A stretch of 51,949 bases of DNA from an uncultured Clostridia bacterium (GTDB lineage Bacteria > Bacillota > Clostridia > Christensenellales > Borkfalkiaceae), in assembly GCA_947629695.1 (NCBI GenBank), contig CANREQ010000001.1, positions 1-51,949 of the forward strand, in the 5' to 3' direction. Of the stretch, positions 1 through 8,987 are shown one piece after another (positions within the stretch are counted from its first letter, which is position 1; every line of letters starts with the position of its first letter). Below the pieces are notes generated by a model, which worked only from the letters and a program-made list of their open reading frames with translations, did not search any database and was not told the origin of the DNA. The position numbers were made by a program, and so were the translations under genes.

Positions 1-204
1 GTCAACGGCATACGCCCCATGAACGCCGCAAGCCTCCGCACCTTGATTGTAAATTCCTGCCTTGAAACAAACCTCGGCATGCCCGCCATTTACGCCATTT
101 ATTATTTTTGGCACAAAAAATTCAACGAGGACCTGTCGCCCGCCGCGAAAGATGTCGAGCCGCCCGCCGATAATGCAGAGCAAGTAACGGAAAAGGCGGT
201 GTGA
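1..204 (+). CDS. 3' end of an unidentified CDS entering from upstream of the window
   Basis: The frame is open from nt 1 to TGA 202-204. The C-terminal tail is acidic and Pro/Ala-rich. I recognise no family motif. Confidence 0.3.
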   Translation, partial: VNGIRPMNAASLRTLIVNSCLETNLGMPAIYAIYYFWHKKFNEDLSPAAKDVEPPADNAEQVTEKAV

Positions 205-222
205 TAAATAGTTTTTTAAAGT

Positions 223-252
223 GCGAGCGGCGCAAAATTTTGCGCCGCTCGC
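223..252. terminator. GC-rich hairpin between convergent genes (partial CDS and tpiA)
   Basis: gcgagcggcgca / tgcgccgctcgc form 12-bp arms. The flanking T/A runs are weak, so terminator function is not certain. Confidence 0.4.
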
Positions 253-304
253 CTTACGTTATAAAAAGACAGACTTCGTTGAATGTTTTCTTTTGTGAAT
301 CGAA

Positions 305-1051
305 TCACTTGTCGTAATTGACAATGGTAGCAAAGTCGAGCTTTAACGACGCGCCGCCTATAAGCCCGCCGTCTATATCGGGCTGGGCCATAAGCCCCTT
401 GCAGTTGCCCGCGTTCATGCTTCCGCCGTACTGTATGATAACTTTCTGCGCGCACATGGGGCAGAAGAGTTCGCCTATTTTTTTGCGGATAAACGCGATA
501 GTTTCCTGCGCCTGCCCGTCGGTGGCCGTCTTGCCCGTGCCGATAGCCCATACGGGCTCGTAAGCTATGACGACTTTTTTGATATCCTCAACGCCTTGAA
601 GCCCCTTTTCAAGCTGTCTTGCAATGACCTCTTCGGTGGTGCCGTTTTCGCGCTCCGAAAGCGTTTCACCGACGCATACTATGGGGGTAATGCCGTTTTC
701 GAGGGCGGCAAGAGTGCGCTTGTTTACGCCCTCGTCCGTCTCCCCGAAGTATTGCCTTCTCTCGCTGTGGCCGATGATCGCGTACTTCACGCCGTACTCT
801 TTCAGCATCTCGGCGGAGATCTCGCCTGTATACGCGCCGTTCTTTGCCCAATGCACGTTTTCCGCGCCTATCGCAATGTTTGTGCCTGCGGCGGCCTTAG
901 TCATTTCGGGTATCAAAATCGCGGGCACGCACAGCGCAACGTCGCAATTTGCGTCCTTGACCAAAGGCGCAAGCGCGGCTATCAATTCCGCGCCGCTTTT
1001 TGCGGTCATATTCATCTTCCAGTTTCCGGCAATAAAGGGTTTTCTGCTCAT
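305..1051 (-). CDS. tpiA: triosephosphate isomerase
   Basis: 248 aa with FIAGNWKMN, IIGHSERR and AYEPVWAIGTG motifs. An AGGAG RBS lies upstream of the ATG, and the gene lies downstream of pgk. Confidence 0.95.
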   Translation of the reverse strand: MSRKPFIAGNWKMNMTAKSGAELIAALAPLVKDANCDVALCVPAILIPEMTKAAAGTNIAIGAENVHWAKNGAYTGEISAEMLKEYGVKYAIIGHSERRQYFGETDEGVNKRTLAALENGITPIVCVGETLSERENGTTEEVIARQLEKGLQGVEDIKKVVIAYEPVWAIGTGKTATDGQAQETIAFIRKKIGELFCPMCAQKVIIQYGGSMNAGNCKGLMAQPDIDGGLIGGASLKLDFATIVNYDK

Positions 1052-1266
1052 ACAAAAGCTCCTAAAAGTTTATTCCAAAGTATTATATCACCAATTTTTC
1101 ACAAAATCAATTTTCCGTCCGCTCAATTTGCAAATTTTTTGATTTTTGTAAGATGAACTCCCCAATGCCGCAAATTTTCCCCAAAACAACAATCAGCCCC
1201 GCGCGGCGGTCTGCCGCGCGGGGCGCGCTGAATTAAAACGAACTTGCAACTTAAAACAAACTCAAA

Positions 1267-2577
1267 TTACTTCTTGTCGTTGAGGCAGGCAATGCCGGGG
1301 AGCACTTTGCCCTCGAACAGCTCCAGCGATGCGCCGCCGCCCGTGGAGATATGCGTCATCTTGTCCGCAAATCCAAGCTGTTGAACGGCCGCCGCAGAGT
1401 CGCCGCCGCCGATAATGGTGGTGCACTTGCCGTAAACGTCCGCCAAAGCCTGCGCAACCGCAATCGTGCCCTTTGCCAATACGGGGTTTTCGAACACGCC
1501 CATGGGTCCGTTCCAAACGACGGACTTCGCGCTCTTTATTGCGTCGGCGTAAAGCTTTCTCGTCTTTTCGCCAATATCCATGCCCATCATGTCCGCGGGT
1601 ATCTTGTCCGCGTCAACCGTCTTTACGTCAACGGGCGCGTCGATGGGGTCGGGGAAGGACTTGGTTACAACCGTGTCGATGGGCAAAAGCAACTTCTTGC
1701 CCGCCTTTTCGGCCTTTTCCATCATCTCTTTGCAGTAGCCGATTTTCTCTTCGTCCAAAAGCGATGCGCCGACTTCGTAACCCTTCGCCTTGAGGAAGGT
1801 GTACGCCATGCCGCCGCCGATAATAAGCGTGTCGCACTTTTCAAGAAGGTTGGATATAACATTCAGCTTGTCCGCAACCTTTGCGCCGCCCAAAATCGCA
1901 ACGAAGGGGCGGGCGGGATTTTCCAGCGTGTTCGCCATGACCGACAGCTCCTTTTCGATGAGGAAGCCGCACACAGCCGTCTTTATTATGCCGTACTCTA
2001 CGATAGCGGCGGTGGAAGCGTGGGAGCGGTGGGCCGTTCCGAACGCGTCGTTCACATAAATTTCCGCGTCATACGCAAGCGCCTTGCAGAAGCCCTCGTC
2101 CTTCTTTTCCTCTTCCCAATGGAAGCGGAGATTTTCAAGCAAAACGGCTTCGCCCTCTTTGAGCGCGTCGCGCTTAGCCTTGGCGTCGGGCCCTATAACG
2201 TCTGATGCAAACACGACTTTGCCGTCCAACAGCTCGGCAAGTCTCTTTGCGACGGGCGCAAGGGTGAGCTTTTTGGGCTCGTCCTTTTTGGCCTTTGCGA
2301 TGATGTCCTCTTTGGTCGCCTCGCCGCTTTCAACCTTTTTGAGATCCTTTTTGTTGAGCTTGACCTCATCGGAGAAAATAGAGTGGGGCTTGCCCATATG
2401 CGAGCAAAGCGTAACTTTCGCGCCCGCGTCGAGCAGATATTTGATAGTGGGAAGCGCGCCGATGATTCTGTTTTCGTCGGTTATAACGCCGTCTTTCATG
2501 GGCACGTTGAAATCGCATCTTACCAAAACCTTTTTGCCTTTGAGCTCTTTGAGGTCTTTTACGGACATTTTGTTCAT
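1267..2577 (-). CDS. pgk: phosphoglycerate kinase (with a lineage-specific insertion)
   Basis: 436 aa with [28 protein letters not shown] and GGGDS motifs. An AAGGAG RBS lies upstream. Confidence 0.95.
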   Translation of the reverse strand: MNKMSVKDLKELKGKKVLVRCDFNVPMKDGVITDENRIIGALPTIKYLLDAGAKVTLCSHMGKPHSIFSDEVKLNKKDLKKVESGEATKEDIIAKAKKDEPKKLTLAPVAKRLAELLDGKVVFASDVIGPDAKAKRDALKEGEAVLLENLRFHWEEEKKDEGFCKALAYDAEIYVNDAFGTAHRSHASTAAIVEYGIIKTAVCGFLIEKELSVMANTLENPARPFVAILGGAKVADKLNVISNLLEKCDTLIIGGGMAYTFLKAKGYEVGASLLDEEKIGYCKEMMEKAEKAGKKLLLPIDTVVTKSFPDPIDAPVDVKTVDADKIPADMMGMDIGEKTRKLYADAIKSAKSVVWNGPMGVFENPVLAKGTIAVAQALADVYGKCTTIIGGGDSAAAVQQLGFADKMTHISTGGGASLELFEGKVLPGIACLNDKK

Positions 2578-2712
2578 AAATTATCCAAACTCCTTAAAAT
2601 TAAATTTTATTACAGAGATATTATAGAATTTCAATCAAGCAAAGTCAACCGAAAACGCCGTATTTTTAATTTCCGCGTTTATAGACTTCGTAATTACCGC
2701 TTCCGCAATAAA

Positions 2713-2791
2713 GGCTTCCCCTTGGCTCCCTTTGCTCGCAAGGGGAGCTGTCTGCGTAGCAGACTGAGGGGATTAAATGAGGGGATTAAAT
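2713..2791 (+). repeat. B-type two-hairpin repeat (copy B0), ending in a tandem 13-nt duplication gaggggattaaat x2
   Basis: Hairpin 1 is ctcccttt/aaggggag and hairpin 2 is gtctgc-gta-gcagac, followed by tgaggggatta. The same architecture occurs at 20531-20584 and 21051-21113. Confidence 0.7.
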
Positions 2792-2912
2792 AATCTGTTC
2801 CTACGCCGTGCGAGCCGATTTTAATTTTGTACAAAAATAGGCGTAAATCATTGTACAAATTTATTTGAAAGTGTTATAATCAATATGTAATTAAAATCGG
2901 GGAGTATTATTT

Positions 2913-3791
2913 ATGGAAATCTGCGTTGTCGGGCTGGGACTTATCGGCGGCTCGGTTTGCCTCTCTTTAAAGCGGGGCGGCCATAAAATTTTCGGCTACG
3001 ACATAAGCGAAAACGTCATGCGTTACGCGGCCGATAACGGCGTAATTGATTTTCCCGCGCGCGATTTTTCCTCGTTCGGCGTAGTTATAGTCGCCCTTCC
3101 GCCCCGCGCCACGCTGGATTTTATCCTCAAAACTCCCTTCAAAAGCGGGGCGGTCGTCTGCGATATGTGCGGCGTGAAAAGGTTTATCCAAAGTGGCGTA
3201 TACGCCGCCCGCCGCGACATAAAATATATAGGCGCGCACCCCATGGCGGGCAAGGAAGTTTCCGGCGTGGAAAACGCCTGCGCCGACCTCTTCGACGGGG
3301 CGAATATGGTGCTTATCCGCGGCATATATACGGACGAATGTGCTTATGAGCTCCTCATGCGCCTGTCCGCCGACATGGGCTTTGCGCGCGTGGTGGAGTG
3401 CAGTGCGGAGGTGCACGACAAAAAAATCGCTTATACCTCCCAGCTTGCCCACGTCGTCTCCAACAGCTACGTAAACGACGGGGAGATTTCCGCCTGCCTC
3501 GGCTTTACGGGCGGCAGTTTTCAGGATATGACCCGCATCGCCGGCGTAGATGAAAAGATGTGGGCTTCTCTATTTTTGGAAAACGCCGACAATCTCCGCC
3601 AAAAGTGCGAAAATCTGATAGAGTCGTTGCAGTCCTTCAACGCCGCGCTTGACAAGGCGGAAAAAAGCGGCGACGAAAGCGTCTTATCTTCCTTTCTATC
3701 CGTCGGCGCGCGCAAATACCGCGCGGGCAAGGCGGAAGAGTTTTCGGGCGAGGGCATAACCGTGCACGTACTTGAAGGGCGCAAAAGATGA
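2913..3791 (+). CDS. tyrA: prephenate (arogenate) dehydrogenase
   Basis: 292 aa with an N-terminal Rossmann motif GLGLIGGS and HPMAG and SQLAHV motifs. A GGGGAG RBS lies upstream. Confidence 0.85.
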   Translation: MEICVVGLGLIGGSVCLSLKRGGHKIFGYDISENVMRYAADNGVIDFPARDFSSFGVVIVALPPRATLDFILKTPFKSGAVVCDMCGVKRFIQSGVYAARRDIKYIGAHPMAGKEVSGVENACADLFDGANMVLIRGIYTDECAYELLMRLSADMGFARVVECSAEVHDKKIAYTSQLAHVVSNSYVNDGEISACLGFTGGSFQDMTRIAGVDEKMWASLFLENADNLRQKCENLIESLQSFNAALDKAEKSGDESVLSSFLSVGARKYRAGKAEEFSGEGITVHVLEGRKR

Positions 3792-4174
3792 AATACTTTC
3801 TCGAAATTTCCGATATTTCCGATAAATCGGACAAATCCGACGGGCCCCTGCGCGTGATAGCACAAGGCGACGAGGAGGCGGACGGCCTGCGCCTTACATA
3901 TCCCTTTGACGGCGCAAAATATATCCTCGCGCTCTCCCCGCGCATAATCGTGCACGAGAGGCAGGGGGAAACGCAAATGCGCATGGAGTTTGTGCGCGGC
4001 GTGCAGACACTTTGCAAAATTTCCTGCGGCGGGCAAAGCGGCGGCTTTACCCTTTTTACCCGCGAAATGCGCGTGGATTTTAGCGGCGGTCAATGCGCGG
4101 CGGAGGTGGAGTATACCTTTGAAGGCGAGACCTCTCCCGTAAAAAAGCGCATCTTCGTGCGCGAAATCAAATAA
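3788..4174 (+). CDS. DUF1934-like small beta-barrel protein
   Basis: 128 aa. Its start overlaps the tyrA stop (ATGA). The pattern of alternating beta-strand segments resembles YwiB/DUF1934. This rests on recollection only. Confidence 0.5.
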   Translation: MKYFLEISDISDKSDKSDGPLRVIAQGDEEADGLRLTYPFDGAKYILALSPRIIVHERQGETQMRMEFVRGVQTLCKISCGGQSGGFTLFTREMRVDFSGGQCAAEVEYTFEGETSPVKKRIFVREIK

Positions 4175-4276
4175 AATCCCTTTGAGCTATGGGGATTTAC
4201 CCAAGCTTTGCGGATTTCACCCCAACCTTTTCAAAACGTAAAAAATAACGTAAAAAATAATAAAAGGAATATAAAT

Positions 4277-4921
4277 ATGAAGATCAGATACCTCGGACAT
4301 TCGTCGTTTGCGATAACGTCAAGCGGCGGCGATACGCTGGTGACCGACCCCTACGACAGCGCGATAGGCTTTGCAATGCCGCGCGTGCGCGCACGGGCCG
4401 TCACTCTTTCGCACTACCATTACGATCATGCCAACCTCGCCGCGGTGGAGGGCAAGCCCCGCGTTTTGGATGGCGCGCACGCCTTTGAAGAGGGCGATTT
4501 TACAGTGCGCGGCATTTCCTCCTTCCACGACGACGCGGGCGGGAAGAAGAGGGGAGAAAACGTCATTTTCACCATAGAGGCCGACGGCATAAAGGTGTGT
4601 CACCTCGGCGACTTGGGCGAAAAATTTTCGGAAGAGCGCGTGCGCCTTATAGGCTCCCCCGATGTGCTTTTGATACCCGTCGGCGGCAACTACACGATAG
4701 ACGGCAACGAGGCGGCAAAATACGCAAAGGCCATTTCCCCCAAAATAATAATTCCCATGCACTACAAGGTACGGGGGCTCAAAATAGATATATCCGGAGT
4801 AGAGGAGTTTTTATCCCGTTACGACGGCGCCGCGGCAGAGCGCAAGGGCTGTGAAATTTCCCTTTCGTCAAAGGATATATGCGGGGCAACGACAAAAATT
4901 TATTTAATGGAGAGAGGTTGA
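4277..4921 (+). CDS. MBL-fold metallo-hydrolase
   Basis: Contains the HYHYDH (HxHxDH) motif and an N-terminal MKIRYLGHSSF. I chose the internal ATG at 4277 over the ORF-track start at 4208. Confidence 0.8.
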   Translation: MKIRYLGHSSFAITSSGGDTLVTDPYDSAIGFAMPRVRARAVTLSHYHYDHANLAAVEGKPRVLDGAHAFEEGDFTVRGISSFHDDAGGKKRGENVIFTIEADGIKVCHLGDLGEKFSEERVRLIGSPDVLLIPVGGNYTIDGNEAAKYAKAISPKIIIPMHYKVRGLKIDISGVEEFLSRYDGAAAERKGCEISLSSKDICGATTKIYLMERG

Positions 4922-4922
4922 T

Positions 4923-6359
4923 ATGGAAGATATTTACGCGTCGCTTAAAGGCAAACTCACGGGTATGGGCATACATTCGCTCAGACAAATAGGAAGGGCC
5001 GTGGGCGTTCACGAACCCACGCAGAAGAAGAAGGACGAGCTTATTTCCGAGATTCTCGCAATAGCCCACGCAGACAGCCTTCCCTGCCGCCGCACCACGC
5101 GCGGCGCGCCCCCTAAGTCCTACGATTACGACAGGGACATTGTGGATGAAATAGACCGTTGCCGGCAGTACTTTTGCAACCTCGAAAACGAAAAGACCCA
5201 GGCGGAAAACAACATTGTATTCAACAACGATGAGACAGACGACGAGGGCGAAAAGACCTGCTCCGGCGTGTTGGAGTTCGCCGATAAATTCTGCTTTCTG
5301 CGCACTGAGAACATGCAGATTTCCTCTCTCGGGGACATATTCGTGCACAGCTCTTTCGTCAAGCGCTACCGCCTGCGCACGGGCGATTTCGTCGTGTGCA
5401 AGGCCCGCCGCCGCAAGGAGGGCGAGTGCTACGGCGCGACCTTTATAGTAAGCGTAAACGGCAAACAGCCGGAAAATTACCGCGCCGCCCAATTCGATAC
5501 GCTCACGCCCTGCTACCCCGACAAGCGTTGCACCCTTTCCTACGAGGGCTGTTCGCTCACCGAGAGGGTCATAGACCTGTTCTCGCCCATAGGCTTCGGA
5601 CAGCGCGCCCTCATTGTGTCGCCCCCCAAGGCGGGCAAGACGACTATGCTTAAGGAGATCGCCCGCAGCATTTGCCGCAATCACCCCGACGTTAAAGTCG
5701 TCATACTCCTGATCGACGAGAGGCCGGAGGAAGTGACCGATATACGCCGCTCCGTAGAGGGCGCGGAAGTCATTTATTCCACCTTCGACAAGGGGGATAA
5801 CCACCATATCCACACCGCTTCCCTCACTCTCGAGTACGCCAAAAGGCAGGTGGAAGCGGGCCGCGACGTCGTAATTCTGGTGGACAGCATCACCCGCCTT
5901 ACCCGCGCGCACAACGCCGTCTGCAATTCCGGCAGAACGCTGTCCGGCGGCCTCGATCCGCAGGCCATTATGGAGCCGAAGCGCTTTTTCGGCGCGGCGA
6001 GAAATATAGAGGGCGGCGGCTCGCTGACGATAATAGCCACCGCGCTGGTGGAGACGGGAAGCCGCCTCGACGACGTTATTTACGAAGAGTTTAAATCGAC
6101 GGGCAATATGGAGATAATCCTCTCGCGGGAGCTCGCCCAAAGCCGCGTTTTCCCCGCAATGGACATACGCGCCTCGGGCGCAAGAAAGGAAGAGCTTCTC
6201 CTTTCCGAAGGCGAAATGGCCGCGGCCTCTTTGATCCGCGGCGCGCTCGGCAAAAACCTCACGGAGCGGGAGTTGTTCTCCACCATGGAAAAAACGGCGG
6301 ACAACGGCGAATTTTGCTCCAAGGCGCAGGTGTTTTTCAAAGTTTACAACGGCAGATAA
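4923..6359 (+). CDS. rho: transcription termination factor Rho
   Basis: 478 aa with the P-loop PPKAGKTT, LVDSITRLTRA and FPAMDI motifs. The N-terminal RNA-binding region carries an acidic insertion. Confidence 0.95.
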   Translation: MEDIYASLKGKLTGMGIHSLRQIGRAVGVHEPTQKKKDELISEILAIAHADSLPCRRTTRGAPPKSYDYDRDIVDEIDRCRQYFCNLENEKTQAENNIVFNNDETDDEGEKTCSGVLEFADKFCFLRTENMQISSLGDIFVHSSFVKRYRLRTGDFVVCKARRRKEGECYGATFIVSVNGKQPENYRAAQFDTLTPCYPDKRCTLSYEGCSLTERVIDLFSPIGFGQRALIVSPPKAGKTTMLKEIARSICRNHPDVKVVILLIDERPEEVTDIRRSVEGAEVIYSTFDKGDNHHIHTASLTLEYAKRQVEAGRDVVILVDSITRLTRAHNAVCNSGRTLSGGLDPQAIMEPKRFFGAARNIEGGGSLTIIATALVETGSRLDDVIYEEFKSTGNMEIILSRELAQSRVFPAMDIRASGARKEELLLSEGEMAAASLIRGALGKNLTERELFSTMEKTADNGEFCSKAQVFFKVYNGR

Positions 6360-6367
6360 GGTGAAAA

Positions 6368-7648
6368 ATGGCCGATAAGAATTTATTTACGGACAAAGTA
6401 AAAATAACCATAAAATCGGGCGACGGCGGGGACGGAATGAATTCCTTCAAGTCCTACAAAGGCAAACCCTCGTGCGGCCCGGACGGCGGCGACGGGGGGA
6501 AGGGCGGCGATATTTATCTGTACGCCGACCCCTCGCTGAATACCCTCTTGCCCTTCCGCTACAAGACAAAGTACGTCGCGGGCGACGGGGAAAGGGGCGG
6601 CTCCAACCTGTGCACGGGCAAGGGCGGGGAGGACGTCGTAATAAGCGTGCCCGTAGGGACTTTGGTCAGGGACGAGGCCACGGGCACAGCCATTTGCGAT
6701 ATGTTCTCCGCGGGCGATAAAAAACTCGTTTGCGAAGGCGGCAGGGGCGGCAAGGGAAACGTCAGGTTTACGACTTCCCGCCGCCACGCGCCCAATTTTG
6801 CGCAAAAAGGTGAAAAAACCGAGCCCCACACTCTCATTTTAGAGCTGAAAATAGTGGCGGACGTCGGCATAATCGGCTTCCCCAACGTCGGCAAATCCAC
6901 GCTGTTATCCCGCATTTCCGCCGCCCGCCCCAAGATAGCCGATTATCATTTCACTACGCTCACGCCCAATCTCGGCGTGGTAAGCTTTTACGACAACAGC
7001 TTTGTCGCGGCGGATATCCCCGGGCTCATTGAGGGCGCGGCCTCGGGCGCTGGCCTCGGGCACGACTTTTTAAGGCATATAGAGCGAACGCGCATGCTCG
7101 TCCACGTCGTCGATATTTCGGGCGTCGAGGGCAGGGATCCGATAGAAGATTTCGGCAAGATAAACGCAGAGCTCAAAGAGTATTCGGATAAGCTCGCCGC
7201 CCTTCCGCAGATAATCGCGCTCAACAAATGCGACTGCGCGCAGGCATTGGAAAACGCGGAAAAATTCGAAAAGCGTTATGCGGAAAGTTACAAGATCTGC
7301 CGCATCACCGCGCTTACGGGAGAGGGCACGGCGGAGCTTATAAAGGCCGTCTGGGACAAGCTTGTCACCCTACCCGCGGCCGTGCCGGAGCAAGTGGACG
7401 AAACTTTCACCTACCGCAAAAGCGGCGGCCTCGATTACGAAATTTACATGGACGGCGGGGCGTATGTCATAGTCGGCCCGCTGGTCGATATGCTGTGCCG
7501 CAACGTGCGCCTCGACGACAGCGAATCGATGGCGTATTTCCAGAAAATCTTAAGGGACAAAGGCGTGATTTCTTCATTGCTCAAAATGGGCTTAAAGGAG
7601 CACGATACGGTTGTCGTCGGCGGCGTGGAATTTGATTACGTGCCGTAA
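6368..7648 (+). CDS. obg: GTPase Obg/CgtA
   Basis: 426 aa with a Gly-rich Obg fold (GGDGGKGGD), G1 GFPNVGKST, G3 DIPGLIEGA, G4 NKCD and a C-terminal OCT-like domain. Confidence 0.95.
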   Translation: MADKNLFTDKVKITIKSGDGGDGMNSFKSYKGKPSCGPDGGDGGKGGDIYLYADPSLNTLLPFRYKTKYVAGDGERGGSNLCTGKGGEDVVISVPVGTLVRDEATGTAICDMFSAGDKKLVCEGGRGGKGNVRFTTSRRHAPNFAQKGEKTEPHTLILELKIVADVGIIGFPNVGKSTLLSRISAARPKIADYHFTTLTPNLGVVSFYDNSFVAADIPGLIEGAASGAGLGHDFLRHIERTRMLVHVVDISGVEGRDPIEDFGKINAELKEYSDKLAALPQIIALNKCDCAQALENAEKFEKRYAESYKICRITALTGEGTAELIKAVWDKLVTLPAAVPEQVDETFTYRKSGGLDYEIYMDGGAYVIVGPLVDMLCRNVRLDDSESMAYFQKILRDKGVISSLLKMGLKEHDTVVVGGVEFDYVP

Positions 7649-7754
7649 TATGCCCCGACGAACGCGTTTTCGCATAAAAAATTCACGGCTTTTGTTTTAA
7701 AGAAAAAAGCCGGCTTATGCACATAAAAAAGACAAAACATACGGAGAAAATTTT

Positions 7755-8045
7755 ATGACTTCACGTCAAAGAAGCAAACTCAAAGCGATTGCCGCCAACC
7801 TCGACCCCATAGGTCAGGTGGGCAAGGAAGGGATAGGCGAAAACATGCTCTCTTCCTTTTCCGACTGCCTTGAAGCGAGGGAGCTTATAAAGGTAAACAT
7901 TTTGGAAAACGCCGACGGCGACCCCCAACAAATAGGCAGGGAACTCGCCGCGCGGCTCAATGCGGAATGCGTAATAGTCATCGGCAGAAAGGCCGTGCTG
8001 TACAGGCGTTCCTCGCGCAAAAATTTCAATCACATTCCCATTTGA
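7755..8045 (+). CDS. yhbY: YhbY/CRM-domain RNA-binding protein
   Basis: 96 aa with LTSRQRSKLKAIAANLDPIGQVGKEG, typical of the YhbY family. The position next to obg/nadD is conserved. Confidence 0.85.
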   Translation: MTSRQRSKLKAIAANLDPIGQVGKEGIGENMLSSFSDCLEARELIKVNILENADGDPQQIGRELAARLNAECVIVIGRKAVLYRRSSRKNFNHIPI

Positions 8046-8179
8046 CCGGGGCGCGTTTTTTTAAAATGCAAAACGCCGCCGCCATTTCATGCGCGCGGGC
8101 GCGGGATTATTTCAAGCAAATTTCAAGCAAAGTCATTTAAAAAAGCTTAAAATGTTTGCGCGGAAAAATCAAAAAAACT

Positions 8180-8926
8180 TCACGCCTTTTCGCCGCCGAA
8201 CAGGACGCTTACCGCGGCAAGCATCATAAGCGCGCCGCCGAATACGACGTAGTAAATGCGGTAGAATGTAAAAAGCGAAAACGCCAGCAATCCCACGCCG
8301 CAAAAAAACAGCGACGGGCTAATCCTGCGGTTAAACCTTTTGGCTATTTTTTTCAGAATGTTCGGCTTTTGCGGCTCGCCGCAGGCGTATTTTTCGGGCA
8401 ACAGGTTTTTTGATTTCAAAAGCTCGTAAACTTCGCCTATCGTCATGATTTTTATGCCGAAGTCCGCGGCCAGCGCACAGCTTTCCTCGCCGGCGGCGCA
8501 ACAGAGAATGATCTTTTTCTTTTCCGTGCGGCGCTTTATGCAACGGGCTACGTCGTCCGGGGAGAGGGGAGAGAGCGTGAAACGGCAAAAGTAAGCGCTT
8601 TCTTCGTTTTCGAGGCGGTTGCCCATGTCCTTCGCCTCCAGCGCGGAGGAAAGTAACTGCGCCACGTATCTTTCGCCGGAGACGGAAAGGTGCATTGCAA
8701 GCGCTCTCTTTTCGGCCGCGTCGGCGTACACAGTCAGCTTTTTGCGCCTTTTGGAGTACATCACGGCAAAGGAAATTATAAGCGCGGCCACGGAGATCAT
8801 CAAAGAGCCCGCGAACGCGACGGGCAAAAGGGAGATAAAGTACCCTAAAGTTACAAAGCTCGCGATAAATGCGCACAGCGCGCAGAACAGACTGTCGGAA
8901 ATAAGCGCGAAAGTTATTCTCTTCAT
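8180..8926 (-). CDS. membrane protein of unknown function (2 N-terminal TM, soluble middle, 2 C-terminal TM)
   Basis: 248 aa with clear hydrophobic helices at both ends. I recognise no family motif. Confidence 0.6.
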   Translation of the reverse strand: MKRITFALISDSLFCALCAFIASFVTLGYFISLLPVAFAGSLMISVAALIISFAVMYSKRRKKLTVYADAAEKRALAMHLSVSGERYVAQLLSSALEAKDMGNRLENEESAYFCRFTLSPLSPDDVARCIKRRTEKKKIILCCAAGEESCALAADFGIKIMTIGEVYELLKSKNLLPEKYACGEPQKPNILKKIAKRFNRRISPSLFFCGVGLLAFSLFTFYRIYYVVFGGALMMLAAVSVLFGGEKA

Positions 8927-8987
8927 ACGCTTGTTATAGACAAAACGTCAAAAATATATACGCTATAATTTATACTTTAAGAAAATT

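Noticed and set aside
1196-1226. The GC hairpin ccccgcgcggc..gccgcgcgggg in the 215-nt pgk-tpiA spacer as an internal terminator.
   Set aside because: There is no adequate T-run on the minus strand. It may be a processing or stability element, but the evidence is too thin to call.
2740-2775. Hammerhead-like reading of the B repeat (CUG..GAC UGAGGGGA).
   Set aside because: The CUGANGA and GAAA core boxes are not both present in the right geometry. No cleavage-site helix could be formed.
4779-6140. Long antisense ORF (453 aa) opposite rho. Similar long shadow ORFs lie at 8970-9719(-), 10968-11996(-), 17666-19006(-), 25450-27192(-), 29212-30117(+), 32951-33889(-), 43458-44282(-) and 48622-49521(-).
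   Set aside because: All lie opposite or out of frame with genes that carry unambiguous family motifs. Their translations are Arg/Gly/Ala-rich with no motifs, which is typical of stop-poor shadow frames in GC-rich coding DNA.
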